A DNA stretch of 64,000 nt, taken from contig SCQF01000046.1 of assembly GCA_004321905.1 (NCBI GenBank), positions 25,614-89,613 of the forward strand, in the 5' to 3' direction. This DNA comes from Verrucomicrobiota bacterium. GTDB taxonomy: Bacteria; Verrucomicrobiota; Kiritimatiellia; CAIQIC01. Each line of letters starts with the position of its first letter. Position 1 is the first letter of the stretch. Positions 1-9,142 of this stretch are shown one piece after another. Made by a program: the position numbers and the translations under genes. Below the pieces are notes generated by a model, which did not search any database, was not told the DNA's origin, and worked only from the letters and a program-made list of their open reading frames with translations.

Positions 1-990
1 GGCGGCGACCCAGTGTTCCGCAGCCAGCACCGTCACCATGAGGCGGCCTTTCCAGCCCTCATCCACGGTCGCACCCATGAAAACCTTCGCATCGCGTCGG
101 GCGACTTGCTGGATATTGCTCATGACTTGCTGGACATCGAGCAAGGCCAAATCCGGGCCGCCGAGAATGTTGACGAGAAAGGCATCGGCTTGGGCAATGA
201 CGTTGCCATGCTCCAGCAACGGACTGGCCAGCAGGGCTTGGGTGGCCTGACGTGCCTTGTCCGTACCGGAACCCTCGGCATAACCGAAAGAACAGGCCCC
301 GCCGCTGTTTTCCACGAGGTTTTTGAGATCGGCAAAATTCAGGCGGATTAACCCGGTCTCGGTCAATAATTTCCAAATGCCGATCACGGCCATGCTGATC
401 ATGTGGTCAGAAGCGTCGAAGGCTGCTTTAAGCGTCGCCTGATCAGGTACAATTTCCAACAGCCGCTGGTTGGGCAGACAAATGGTGGCATCGGAATGCA
501 TCCGTAATTGGCGCAAAGCCTCGTTGGCAACATCTTTGTCGCGGTTGGCCTCAAACTCGAACGGCGTCGAAGCGAAGCAAATGGTCAGCGCGCCCTGCTC
601 ATGCGCGATACGTGCAATCGCCGGCGCCGCCCCACTCCCCGTACCGCCACCGAGCGTGGTGATCACGAAGACCAAGTCCATGTTCTCCACTAACGTGCGA
701 ATTTTGACATCCTCGTCTTCGGCGGCAACCCGTCCGATGGCTGCATCGCCGCCCGCGCCGAAGCCACGTGTGAGCGCGCGGCCAATGGATAGCTGCACCG
801 GCAAACCTACGGCCTGCAAGGCTTGGTCGTCGGAATCCACGGCCACCACGGCGGGACCATGGACCAGTTGTTCAGCCACATGCCGCGCCGCGCGGCAACC
901 GCCGCCGCCCACACCCACGACTAGCAAGCGATAGGGCGCGTTTTGCGGCGCGTTGACATCACTTTCCACCAGTCGCAGAGCTGCACTCAT
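1..990 (-). CDS. ftsZ: Cell division GTPase FtsZ (C-terminus runs off window start)
   Basis: Hand translation of the minus strand from the ATG at 988-990 gives MSAALRLVESDV...GGGTGSGAAPAIARIAHEQGALTICFASTPFEFE, the tubulin/FtsZ signature. No stop before position 1. Last gene of the dcw cluster. Confidence 0.9.
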   Translation of the reverse strand, partial: MSAALRLVESDVNAPQNAPYRLLVVGVGGGGCRAARHVAEQLVHGPAVVAVDSDDQALQAVGLPVQLSIGRALTRGFGAGGDAAIGRVAAEDEDVKIRTLVENMDLVFVITTLGGGTGSGAAPAIARIAHEQGALTICFASTPFEFEANRDKDVANEALRQLRMHSDATICLPNQRLLEIVPDQATLKAAFDASDHMISMAVIGIWKLLTETGLIRLNFADLKNLVENSGGACSFGYAEGSGTDKARQATQALLASPLLEHGNVIAQADAFLVNILGGPDLALLDVQQVMSNIQQVARRDAKVFMGATVDEGWKGRLMVTVLAAEHWVAA

Positions 991-992
991 TT

Positions 993-2186
993 TTAGATTC
1001 CTACTATTTTACGCAGACGGTCAAAAATTCCGCTGGTCGGACGGAAAGTCCGCGCCGCATATCGCAGCATACCGACCACGGCCGCACACTCAGGCTGTTC
1101 CATCACCAGTGTCAGCCCATTCACGTCGCGTGGCCGTCCAAGGCGACAGGGTAACCCGAAAATTTTCTCGGCCAATTGATCCACTTTTTTCAGGCGTGCG
1201 CCACCGCCCGTGAGCACCACACCACTGCCCAGCTTGGAAATCAGCTTGTTCTGCCGGAGCTGCTCGCGGATCAACACCAAGGTTTCCTCCATGCGCACAT
1301 GCATGATCGTGTGTACGTCGGCCAAGCGCACCATGCGTGGCGGCTGCCCGGTACCCGGATTGACGCTGACCGTTTGATTACGCAGGCTGAGGTCCGACAG
1401 CGCCGCCCCGTATTCCAGTTTTACGCGCTCAGCTTCCGCCAAGGGAATACGCAAGCCAAAGGCCAAGTCATTGCTGAGGTGATCACCGCCCACCGCAAAC
1501 GCACCGGCATCAGCCAATCGTTCCTCGGCATAAGCGACGTAATCCGTTGTGCCACCGCCAAGATCAATCATCAAGGCGCCGTTATTTTTTTCGGCGGGTG
1601 TCAACACGGCCAACGCGGCGCACAGGCCACTGAAGGCGACGTCTTGCACATCCACTTGCGCGCTACGCACCACCTTGACGATGTTGCGCATGGGATTACG
1701 TAATCCGTGGAGAATCAACATATCGAGCGCCAACCGCGCGCCTTCCATGCCTTCGGGTTTGACCACCGCCTGGCCATCGTTCACATAAAAATGCTGGCGG
1801 ATCGTGTGCAGGATTTCGTGATCGGTGGGCAGACTGACGGCGCGCGCCATTTCCTCGACGCGCTCAATTTCTTCCGCTGTGATTTCACCCTCATCGTTCA
1901 AAACCGGCACCGCACCACGATTGACCAAGCTGCGAATGTGTCCACCGGAAACCAGGAGATGAACTTGATTGATCGTCAGATGCCCATTTTCCTCCGCTTG
2001 CTGTAACGCTTCGCGTACACAGGAAAGCGCGTTATCAAAATCAATAATTTCCCCTTTGCGCACACCGCGCGAGGGGCATTCCCCCAGACCACTGATCACC
2101 AATTGACCTTCTTCGGTCAGCTCACCCACCAAGGCGCGCACTTTGGTGGTGCCGATTTCCAAGGCGACGACGGGCGGCAAGTTCAT
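993..2186 (-). CDS. ftsA: Cell division protein FtsA (actin-like ATPase)
   Basis: ORF 993..2264; MNLPPVVALEIGTTKVRALVGE... is a typical FtsA N-terminus. Start chosen at the internal Met (2186). Lies directly upstream of ftsZ. Confidence 0.88.
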   Translation of the reverse strand: MNLPPVVALEIGTTKVRALVGELTEEGQLVISGLGECPSRGVRKGEIIDFDNALSCVREALQQAEENGHLTINQVHLLVSGGHIRSLVNRGAVPVLNDEGEITAEEIERVEEMARAVSLPTDHEILHTIRQHFYVNDGQAVVKPEGMEGARLALDMLILHGLRNPMRNIVKVVRSAQVDVQDVAFSGLCAALAVLTPAEKNNGALMIDLGGGTTDYVAYAEERLADAGAFAVGGDHLSNDLAFGLRIPLAEAERVKLEYGAALSDLSLRNQTVSVNPGTGQPPRMVRLADVHTIMHVRMEETLVLIREQLRQNKLISKLGSGVVLTGGGARLKKVDQLAEKIFGLPCRLGRPRDVNGLTLVMEQPECAAVVGMLRYAARTFRPTSGIFDRLRKIVGI

Positions 2187-2196
2187 CGCGCAGTCC

Positions 2197-3090
2197 TCAT
2201 AGCCCCGCTTCCGGTGACGACGATCCCAATTGCACGGGCACACTATGTTCCAACGAACAATCAATCACGCTTGCGGTTTGCCGCCGTTCCGCCAAGGCTT
2301 TTTTCGTGCTCGCCAGTTTACGCAGATGATCTTCCATTCGCGTACGGGCCAGCAAGACTTGCTCACCGCTAGCCAAACGCAGATCAAGATGTTCCGGATG
2401 CGCCACATTGATGGCGTTGATGCGCACTTGCGGCCCCATATGCAACGTTTCACATAAATCCAAAACATTCAGGGCATCCTGAATTTTCGTGTCCGTGATT
2501 TGCAGACCCGGGCGCAAACCGTGCACCAGTCCGCCGAGAATGACGGGTAAACGAGCCACGGCGGCCCGCGGGACCAGCACATGGCCTTCTCGATCCACTG
2601 GTAAACTCATTTTATCGGTGACCAACACGGCCACCGCCACGCGTTCGCCGACCCGCAGCACCAACGTATCCGGCAACTGTCGTCGAATTTCAACCGAGCG
2701 CACTACCGGCAACGTTAGCAGGTCGGCGTGAATTTTACGCAGGTTGACGGCAAAAAGATTCACGCCCGGCTGAAGGTTATACTGCTCCCGCAACTCCTGG
2801 GGCTTCAGTGTGCCGTCGGTGCGAATATCCAAATTACGGATGGCAAACAGCGGGTTGGAGGCAAACAATTGTTCACGCACCCAGTCCGCGCCCATCACCC
2901 CCACCCACCCGCAACCCGCCACGGCCACAACCAAGACCGCCACGGCGCTGATCCATTTGACGCGCGCTTGTTTTTGCTCCTGCGCACGCGCATTGACCTG
3001 CAAAATCTGTTCACCGTTCGTCTTTTTGCGGCGGTTTGATCGCCGCAATGATTTTTCCGCATTCTCTCGAAACCACATGCTCATCTCCAA
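2197..3090 (-). CDS. ftsQ: Cell division protein FtsQ (POTRA domain, single TM)
   Basis: 297 aa with an N-terminal TM helix and a POTRA-like segment. Sits in the ddl-ftsQ-ftsA-ftsZ order. Confidence 0.75.
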   Translation of the reverse strand: MEMSMWFRENAEKSLRRSNRRKKTNGEQILQVNARAQEQKQARVKWISAVAVLVVAVAGCGWVGVMGADWVREQLFASNPLFAIRNLDIRTDGTLKPQELREQYNLQPGVNLFAVNLRKIHADLLTLPVVRSVEIRRQLPDTLVLRVGERVAVAVLVTDKMSLPVDREGHVLVPRAAVARLPVILGGLVHGLRPGLQITDTKIQDALNVLDLCETLHMGPQVRINAINVAHPEHLDLRLASGEQVLLARTRMEDHLRKLASTKKALAERRQTASVIDCSLEHSVPVQLGSSSPEAGL

Positions 3091-3098
3091 ATTTTTTT

Positions 3099-3989
3099 TC
3101 AGTGTACCGTGGCTCCCTGCATGATGCGATCACAAAGCGCCGCGAAACCCAAGCCCGCGGCGGCGGCGGCCTTGGGCAACAGACTGGTCTCCGTGAAACC
3201 GGGGATCGTGTTCATTTCCAACACAAAAAGTTGATCGTCCGGTGTCAGCCGCAGATCCACACGCCCCAGATCGCGGCAATCGAGCGCGTGAAACACGCGC
3301 CGTGCCAAATCCTGACACCGCGCCGCCTGCTCCGCCGTCAGCGGCGCGGGCACCAGATATTCTGTGCGGCCGGTCGTGTATTTTGCGCCATAGTCATACC
3401 AACCGTCTGGCGCACGAATTTCCACCACCGGCAACACGTCCTCGCCCAACAGTCCGACGGTCAACTCGCGACCCGAAATATAGCGCTCGACAAGCACCGC
3501 GCCGTGTTGCAGCGCATCAGCCAACGCCGCCGTCCAATCGCTTTCCGCACGCACGCAATGCAGCCCAATGCTCGACCCCTGGCAGGCCGGCTTGACCACC
3601 ACGGGCAACGGCAAGCGATGCGCTGCCGGCGCCGATAACACTTCATATTCGGGCGTCGGAATCGAAGCCTCGCCGAATACACGCTTGCTCAGCAACTTAT
3701 CAAACGCTTTCCGGCTCGCCGCGGCACCGGAACCAGTGTACGGCATATTCAGTGCGCACAATTTATCCTGCACGACTCCATCTTCGCCATACGCGCCGTG
3801 CAAGGCCAAAAATACCGCTTCGACATCCGCGGCGAATTTCAATTCGCCATCCTGCGGATCCACTTCCTCCACGGCATACCCCGCCTCGCGCAAGCCGCGC
3901 GCCACCGCCGCGCCGGAGCGCAATGACACCGCGCGTTCCGCCGATGGCCCGCCCATCAAAACCGCAACTTTCTTAAACTTTTTCCCCAT
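3099..3989 (-). CDS. ddl: D-alanine--D-alanine ligase
   Basis: MGKKFKKVAVLMGGPSAERAVSLRSG... ATP-grasp; classic Ddl N-terminus; dcw context. Confidence 0.9.
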   Translation of the reverse strand: MGKKFKKVAVLMGGPSAERAVSLRSGAAVARGLREAGYAVEEVDPQDGELKFAADVEAVFLALHGAYGEDGVVQDKLCALNMPYTGSGAAASRKAFDKLLSKRVFGEASIPTPEYEVLSAPAAHRLPLPVVVKPACQGSSIGLHCVRAESDWTAALADALQHGAVLVERYISGRELTVGLLGEDVLPVVEIRAPDGWYDYGAKYTTGRTEYLVPAPLTAEQAARCQDLARRVFHALDCRDLGRVDLRLTPDDQLFVLEMNTIPGFTETSLLPKAAAAAGLGFAALCDRIMQGATVH

Positions 3990-5397
3990 AAAATTCCTTC
4001 GCCCAAAACGCTATTTTTTCAACATCGCCCGCGCCCACAACCAGCAGCGCGTCGCCGGGTTGCAAAAATCCGCGCAAATAATTCCATGCGGCTTCCAAAG
4101 ATGCAACCTCTCGCGGCCGTAGGCCACCACTTTGTTCAAAATGCCGCGCCAAATCAGCGCTCGTGCCACCCGCCAGTGGCGGCTCCGAGGCTGCATAAAC
4201 CGGCGTGAGCACCACCTCGTCCACGCCGACAAATGCGCCGGGAAAATCCGCGCCCAGCGCCCGCGTCCGCGTGTAGCGATGCGGCTGAAACACCGCCACC
4301 ACCCGCCGCCGCCCCAGTCCGCGCGCCGCCGCGACCAGCGCGCAGATTTCCGTGGGATGATGCGCGTAGTCGGAAATCACCAAAATGTCTGCGGCGTCGC
4401 TGACGATCTCGAAACGCCGACGCGCCGGCGAGAAGCTTTCCAAGCCTTGGAAAAGTGCGGTGACCGGTTTTCCAAGTCTTGGAAAAAGTTCCAGTCCGAC
4501 GGCGCACGCCGCTAGCGCATTCAAAATATTATGCCGCCCCGGCACCGGCAGTCGCACGCGCCCAAGTTTTTCGCCGCGCCACAGCACATCGAAGCTGCTG
4601 GCGAGCGCCGCAAGTTCGATATGCTCGGCGCGCAATTCCGCAGCGGACGAAAACCCAAAAGATAAACCGGTGTTGCCCAACGCCGCGGCGCGTGGATCAT
4701 CGGCACAAAAAATCAGGCGCCGCGCCTGGCGCGCAAATCGGCGGAAACAATCAAACAACTCGCCCTCGCCGTAAAAATGTTCCATATGGTCGAACTCGAT
4801 ATTCGTGATGACGGCGATGTCCGGCGCGTAGAGCGCGAGCGTGCCATCGCTCTCATCGGCCTCGACCACTACGGTGGTACCCTGCCCTACGCCCGCCACG
4901 CCGCCGAGCGCCTCCACCACGCCGCCGATGGCGAAGGCGGGATCGTGTCCGGTCGCCTTGAGCAGTTGCGCGATCATCGCGGTGGTGGTGGTCTTGCCGT
5001 GCGTACCGGCGACGGCGATCGAAAGCGGGAATTCACGAAGCAATGCAGCCAGCACGACGCCGCGCGCGAGCACCGGGAGACCACGCGATGTCGCAGCTTG
5101 CACTTCGGCGGTATCCGCGGCCACCGCCGGCGTACGCACCAGCCAGGCGATGTCCGCCGTTACATGTTCCGTATCCTGGCCAAAATGAACGGTGATACTG
5201 TGGCTCAGCAGCCAGTCGGTGATCCGCGTTGGCGCGACGTCGCAGCCGGAAACTATAAAGCCGCGCGCGGCCAGCAGCCGCGCCAAGCCGGCCATGCCGA
5301 TGCCACCGATGCCAATGAAGTGCACGGCACTCGGATCGCGTTCCAGCAGCCCCCGCGCCGCCGCCAAGTCGCGTTCCAGTTGACTGAAGTCAGGCAT
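3973..5397 (-). CDS. murC: UDP-N-acetylmuramate--L-alanine ligase MurC (carries an in-frame palindromic-element insertion)
   Basis: Mur ligase motifs (HFIGIGGIGMAGLA, DYAHHPTEI). Start set at MPDFSQLER to give a short overlap with murG. The segment LFPRLGKPVTALFQGLESF is encoded by the dispersed palindromic pair at 4437-4487. Confidence 0.9.
   Translation of the reverse strand: MPDFSQLERDLAAARGLLERDPSAVHFIGIGGIGMAGLARLLAARGFIVSGCDVAPTRITDWLLSHSITVHFGQDTEHVTADIAWLVRTPAVAADTAEVQAATSRGLPVLARGVVLAALLREFPLSIAVAGTHGKTTTTAMIAQLLKATGHDPAFAIGGVVEALGGVAGVGQGTTVVVEADESDGTLALYAPDIAVITNIEFDHMEHFYGEGELFDCFRRFARQARRLIFCADDPRAAALGNTGLSFGFSSAAELRAEHIELAALASSFDVLWRGEKLGRVRLPVPGRHNILNALAACAVGLELFPRLGKPVTALFQGLESFSPARRRFEIVSDAADILVISDYAHHPTEICALVAAARGLGRRRVVAVFQPHRYTRTRALGADFPGAFVGVDEVVLTPVYAASEPPLAGGTSADLARHFEQSGGLRPREVASLEAAWNYLRGFLQPGDALLVVGAGDVEKIAFWAKEFYGEKV
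4437..4487. repeat. Paired palindromic dispersed element, in-frame inside murC
   Basis: tttccaagccttggaaaag-N12-ttttccaagtcttggaaaaa. Confidence 0.9.
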
Positions 5398-6511
5398 GGT
5401 CACGCCCGGTTTTTTCCACGAGCCCGGCCAGCGCCTCCGCACCGCAACATTCGCGGTGCGCGTGACCCACGGCGCTCATGCTCGCGAGTTTTTCGCGCGC
5501 CCGATAACGCGCGGCGAGATAATCGGCCAACCACGCCGCTGAAAGATTTTTTTCGGAAACATAATCAGCGGCGCCCAGCCGCGACATAGCCTGCGCGTTC
5601 GCAAGCTGATGATTGGCAGCCGCAAAAGGATACGGCACGAGCAGCGCAGGCACGCCGAAGGCCAGTAATTCCGCGCAGGTCGAAGCACCGGAGCGACACA
5701 CCGCCAGATCGGTCGCCGCATAAAGCTCCGCCATCTGCGTGGTGAAAGCGTGGACGGTATGCGGCACGGCGGCCCGTTCATACGTGGCGCGAATTTCGGT
5801 CTCGTCCGCTGGTCCCGTGAGGTGAATGACCTGAATGGGCACGCCGTCCGCGCGGAGCGCCAGCAAGGCTTCCGACGCGACTTCGTTCAGAGAATGCGCG
5901 CCGCGACTACCGCCCAGCACCATGACCGTGAAACGCTCCGCCGTGGTCACGCGCTGAAAATTGCGACTGGCCACTTCCAACTCGCGGCGCAACGGCATAC
6001 CGGTGATCACCAAGCGACCGTGCGGCAGATAAAACCGCGACGCTTCAAAACTGGCCGCCACCGCGCGCGCCCAGCGCGAAAACAGCCGGATCGTGCGTCC
6101 CGGCACAACATTGGCCTCGTGCAACACCACCGGAACATGGCCGCGCAACGCGGCGTAAATTGGGCCGACGGACGCATAACTGCCCATCGCCAGCAGAACA
6201 TCCGGCGGCTGTGTACGCATTTTTTTTCGGCACACACGCATCGCCCGCAGCAGACTCCACACCGCGGGGATGAAACGCAGCGAGAACCTTGTCGGCAAAC
6301 CCTGCGCGGGGATCGTCACCACCGTACCCGACCAACCGCTGACCGCCGCCGATTCCACATCTTTGCCGGCCAGCCAGAGCGTCACCGTGTGCCCGCTGGC
6401 GCGGAGCACTTCCGCCGTCGCCAAGCCGGGGAAAATATGACCGCCGGTGCCGCCACAGGCCAACGCGATGTGCAGCGGCGCGGAACTCGTTGGATGATTG
6501 TTGGCGTTCAT
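5390..6511 (-). CDS. murG: UDP-N-acetylglucosamine--N-acetylmuramyl-(pentapeptide) pyrophosphoryl-undecaprenol GlcNAc transferase MurG
   Basis: MNANNHPTSSAPLHIALACGGTGGHIFP... (G-loop). The true start is the internal Met at 6509-6511; the longer ORF upstream only reads through a palindromic repeat. Confidence 0.9.
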   Translation of the reverse strand: MNANNHPTSSAPLHIALACGGTGGHIFPGLATAEVLRASGHTVTLWLAGKDVESAAVSGWSGTVVTIPAQGLPTRFSLRFIPAVWSLLRAMRVCRKKMRTQPPDVLLAMGSYASVGPIYAALRGHVPVVLHEANVVPGRTIRLFSRWARAVAASFEASRFYLPHGRLVITGMPLRRELEVASRNFQRVTTAERFTVMVLGGSRGAHSLNEVASEALLALRADGVPIQVIHLTGPADETEIRATYERAAVPHTVHAFTTQMAELYAATDLAVCRSGASTCAELLAFGVPALLVPYPFAAANHQLANAQAMSRLGAADYVSEKNLSAAWLADYLAARYRAREKLASMSAVGHAHRECCGAEALAGLVEKTGRDHA

Positions 6512-7071
6512 GGTGATGCGCTGTTTCCAAGCCTTGGAAAACGTCCCGACCGGTTTTTCCAAGGCTTGGAAACAGCGCGCTCCTTGGTCAGCAAAAACCG
6601 CTTCCACTCCACACCGGCGGAAAATCCGCCGAGTTTTCCGCCCGCAGCGACGACACGATGGCACGGGATAAAAAGCGGCAGCGGATTCACGCCACACGCC
6701 GTGCCCACTGCCCGCGCCGCGCGCGGCGCGCCGATGCGGCGGGCCAGTTCGCCGTACGTGACCGTGACACCCCGCGGAATTTTCTGCAACGCGGTGAGCA
6801 CGCGGGCGGTAAACGCGGTGCGCGCAGCGGGTTTGAGCGGCGGCAACGTGGAGGGTTCCCGACCACGCAACCAGACGCGGAGGCAGCGTTCGGCTTGGCG
6901 CAGAACGACACAATCCGCCGGTGTTGGGCAGTGTAGGCGGACGGTTGTCACGCGCAGCGCCAAGTGGCCCCGCGGCACCGGCAACGTGCAGCTCGTCAGC
7001 GCACCGGCCTGGGCCTGTACACCGATGACGCCCCACGTAGTGACAAGGTCGAGCCGGGACGATGCAGTCAT
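6508..7071 (-). CDS. ogt: Methylated-DNA--protein-cysteine methyltransferase (Ogt/Ada C-terminal domain family)
   Basis: PCHRVV active-site motif with the surrounding HTH. The C-terminal tail (KPWKNRSGRFPRLG) is read through the palindromic element at 6524-6572. Confidence 0.75.
   Translation of the reverse strand: MTASSRLDLVTTWGVIGVQAQAGALTSCTLPVPRGHLALRVTTVRLHCPTPADCVVLRQAERCLRVWLRGREPSTLPPLKPAARTAFTARVLTALQKIPRGVTVTYGELARRIGAPRAARAVGTACGVNPLPLFIPCHRVVAAGGKLGGFSAGVEWKRFLLTKERAVSKPWKNRSGRFPRLGNSASP
6524..6572. repeat. Paired palindromic dispersed element (ogt 3' end / murG upstream)
   Basis: tttccaagccttggaaaa-N12-tttttccaaggcttggaaa. Confidence 0.9.
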
Positions 7072-7072
7072 G

Positions 7073-7495
7073 TTAGTGGAAGATCAGCCGAAAAACGATG
7101 AAGCCGAGAACCAGAGCCCCAAGCAGCAAAGCGATGGCCCGATTACGTTGAATGTTGCGTTCGCGCCCCAACGTCGGCGGGCCAAAAAAACGGGTGCTGG
7201 AAAAATAGCGCGCAAACCGGTCGTCGTTGGAAACGGGGATACGGCGGTCTTGCCCAGCCAGCGTGGCCTCGGCGGTCGGCGCCGGCTCGGCCAGCGCCGG
7301 TGTCGGTGGAACTGGCGGCGTGGTACGGAGGCGTGGCGCAACGGGCCGCGTTGTGGGCGGCAGATAGGGGCGCTCCATCAAACGCTCGGGTTTTTTGAGC
7401 GCGCGCTCCAGCCGTTTGATTTCGGCGCGCAATTCGGCGCTGCTATCTTCCACGTCGTGCAAGCGCCGCTCAATCAAATTCTTGGCAATACGCAT
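7073..7495 (-). CDS. Hypothetical coiled-coil, Pro-rich, C-terminally membrane-anchored protein
   Basis: ORF 7073..7606. Start chosen at MRIAKNLIERR to avoid overlapping the upstream gene. Coiled-coil N-terminus, PT-rich linker, C-terminal hydrophobic helix. Confidence 0.45.
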   Translation of the reverse strand: MRIAKNLIERRLHDVEDSSAELRAEIKRLERALKKPERLMERPYLPPTTRPVAPRLRTTPPVPPTPALAEPAPTAEATLAGQDRRIPVSNDDRFARYFSSTRFFGPPTLGRERNIQRNRAIALLLGALVLGFIVFRLIFH

Positions 7496-7509
7496 AGGCC
7501 GGCCACCGT

Positions 7510-8265
7510 TCAGGGCATATGACTGTGCCAGAAGAGAATCACGCCCGTCAGCACCAGCAGCACAACGATCAGCGGCAGCGTGATGGCAAGGCCGACCATG
7601 AGCCAATCGCCGAAACCTTTTTCCAGCTCCTCCGCCACGTGCCGGCCCTCCTCAAAAATCACCGCCGGATGCGCCGCCGCGCTCGACGGTGTTTTGGCGT
7701 CGCCGCTGACCGCATCAATTTTGGCAACCGCCTTGTTATATTCGATGCGGACATCGTCCACGAGCGTGGCCGCTTTGTTGAGTTCATCGCGGAACGAATC
7801 TTCCGGCCAGGTCTCCTCGTCAATAGCCTGCACGTCGCCCAACATGGCTTTGAAGCGTTTACGCGTGGCGCTGAGCAGTTCCGCCAAGCGATTGGCCTGA
7901 ATTTCCTCTTTCTCCAGCGTGACCAGACTTTGGTTGAGCCGATCCGACATTTCCCGCTTGCCGCGCTGATAATCCTCCTGCCGCTTGCGCAAATCCTCCA
8001 AATCCTTTCGCTGTAGGTCAAGGTCTTCCTGGCGTTTGCGCAGCTTCTCAAGTTCCTCCATCGCGCCGGCCACCTTGGAATCCAATTCCTGTTTATGCTT
8101 GGTCATGCGCGTGATGGTGAAATCCGAAACCGACCGAACGGGCACGCCATCCGCGCCCGCACCTTCGCTGCCGACCTTGGTGAGATCATCCGCCGCCAGC
8201 TTGGCGCGCCGCTCAGCCTCTTGGGCGCGATTCAAATCGTCATCAAAAAAATCCCGGTTTGCCAT
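7510..8265 (-). CDS. Hypothetical coiled-coil protein with C-terminal TM anchor
   Basis: 251 aa; charged heptad-like repeats (LEKLRKRQEDLDLQRKDLEDLRKRQ) and a C-terminal TM helix; no recognisable catalytic motif. Confidence 0.5.
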   Translation of the reverse strand: MANRDFFDDDLNRAQEAERRAKLAADDLTKVGSEGAGADGVPVRSVSDFTITRMTKHKQELDSKVAGAMEELEKLRKRQEDLDLQRKDLEDLRKRQEDYQRGKREMSDRLNQSLVTLEKEEIQANRLAELLSATRKRFKAMLGDVQAIDEETWPEDSFRDELNKAATLVDDVRIEYNKAVAKIDAVSGDAKTPSSAAAHPAVIFEEGRHVAEELEKGFGDWLMVGLAITLPLIVVLLVLTGVILFWHSHMP

Positions 8266-8331
8266 AGTCTTGCTCCTGTAAAATTGCCGCGTGCATTGTA
8301 AGCAGCCGCGGGCGACGGCTCAATCCCTATT

Positions 8332-9033
8332 TCAGGGCGGCAGCACCAACGTTTGGCCAGCGCGCACGCTCTCCGGCGAGGTCAGCGCGTCGCGATTGGC
8401 CTCAAAGATTTTGCGCCATTTGCTGCGGCTTTTGTATTCCTTGACCGCAATCGCCGCGAGCGTCTCCCCCGGTTGCACAAGATGCGTGCGTACGGCGGGT
8501 TGCGCCACCACCGGCTGCGGCGGAGCGAGCGAACGCGGCGCGGCATTGGACACCGGCAAGACCACGCTCGCTTTCGGCGCCGCATTCGTACCCTCCAGTT
8601 GCGCGCGCAACGTCGCGATCTCTTTTTTGAGCAGCGCGATCTCCTCAATCGCCCCTGGTGGCCGGTTGGGCAGCGCCGCGGCGTAGTACAACCGCGCTTC
8701 GCGAATCAGCCCTTCGACCAAATCCCGTTTCTGCGCGGCGGGCCGCAACTCGATGTTGCGTTGGTAGTGATAAATCGCCCGGAGGTAGTCTTCTTTTTTG
8801 ACATAGAGCAACCCCACCTCCAGATGGGCGCTCGCCAGTTGCGGTTTGCGATCCAACGCCTCGTTATACAGCTTGATCGCCCCATCAAGGTCCTCGGCGT
8901 TGCGCCGTTCGCGGGCGCGTTGCAGGAACGGATCGCGCTCGTCGCGGCGATCCTGGAACGAAACACCTTCGCCGCAGCCGGCGACCCAGCCCGCGAGCGC
9001 GAGGCCCACCGCCATCCGTAAAATGGATTTCAT
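8332..9033 (-). CDS. Lipoprotein with TPR repeats and C-terminal LysM peptidoglycan-binding domain
   Basis: Signal peptide plus lipobox (LAGWVAGC), TPR-like segment, C-terminal LysM (HLVQPGETLAAIAVKEY...ESVRAGQTLVLP). Confidence 0.7.
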   Translation of the reverse strand: MKSILRMAVGLALAGWVAGCGEGVSFQDRRDERDPFLQRARERRNAEDLDGAIKLYNEALDRKPQLASAHLEVGLLYVKKEDYLRAIYHYQRNIELRPAAQKRDLVEGLIREARLYYAAALPNRPPGAIEEIALLKKEIATLRAQLEGTNAAPKASVVLPVSNAAPRSLAPPQPVVAQPAVRTHLVQPGETLAAIAVKEYKSRSKWRKIFEANRDALTSPESVRAGQTLVLPP

Positions 9034-9088
9034 GCGCCTCTCCTACCATCCGTTGGCCGCAGCGTCAATCATCGCGATGCGGTAAACG

Positions 9089-9137
9089 CTCCAAGGGTTG
9101 GGAAAAGTGAACGTGCGGTTTTCCAAGCCTTGGAAAA
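9089..9137. repeat. Paired palindromic dispersed element (first unit degenerate)
   Basis: ctccaagggttgggaaaag-N10-ggttttccaagccttggaaaa. Confidence 0.85.
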
Positions 9138-9142
9138 CACCG

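Noticed and set aside
5750-7522. A 590-aa plus-strand ORF, and many other long ORFs antisense to well-supported genes (e.g. 11075-12052, 34043-34609, 40600-41739, 45814-47211, 56761-57714)
   Set aside because: They overlap, in antisense, genes with unambiguous conserved motifs (murG/ogt, the histidine kinase, purA, ahcY, the amidase, the Gfo/Idh/MocA gene). Their translations are Arg/Ala/Pro-rich low-complexity sequence, typical of high-GC antisense frames, and show no recognisable domain.
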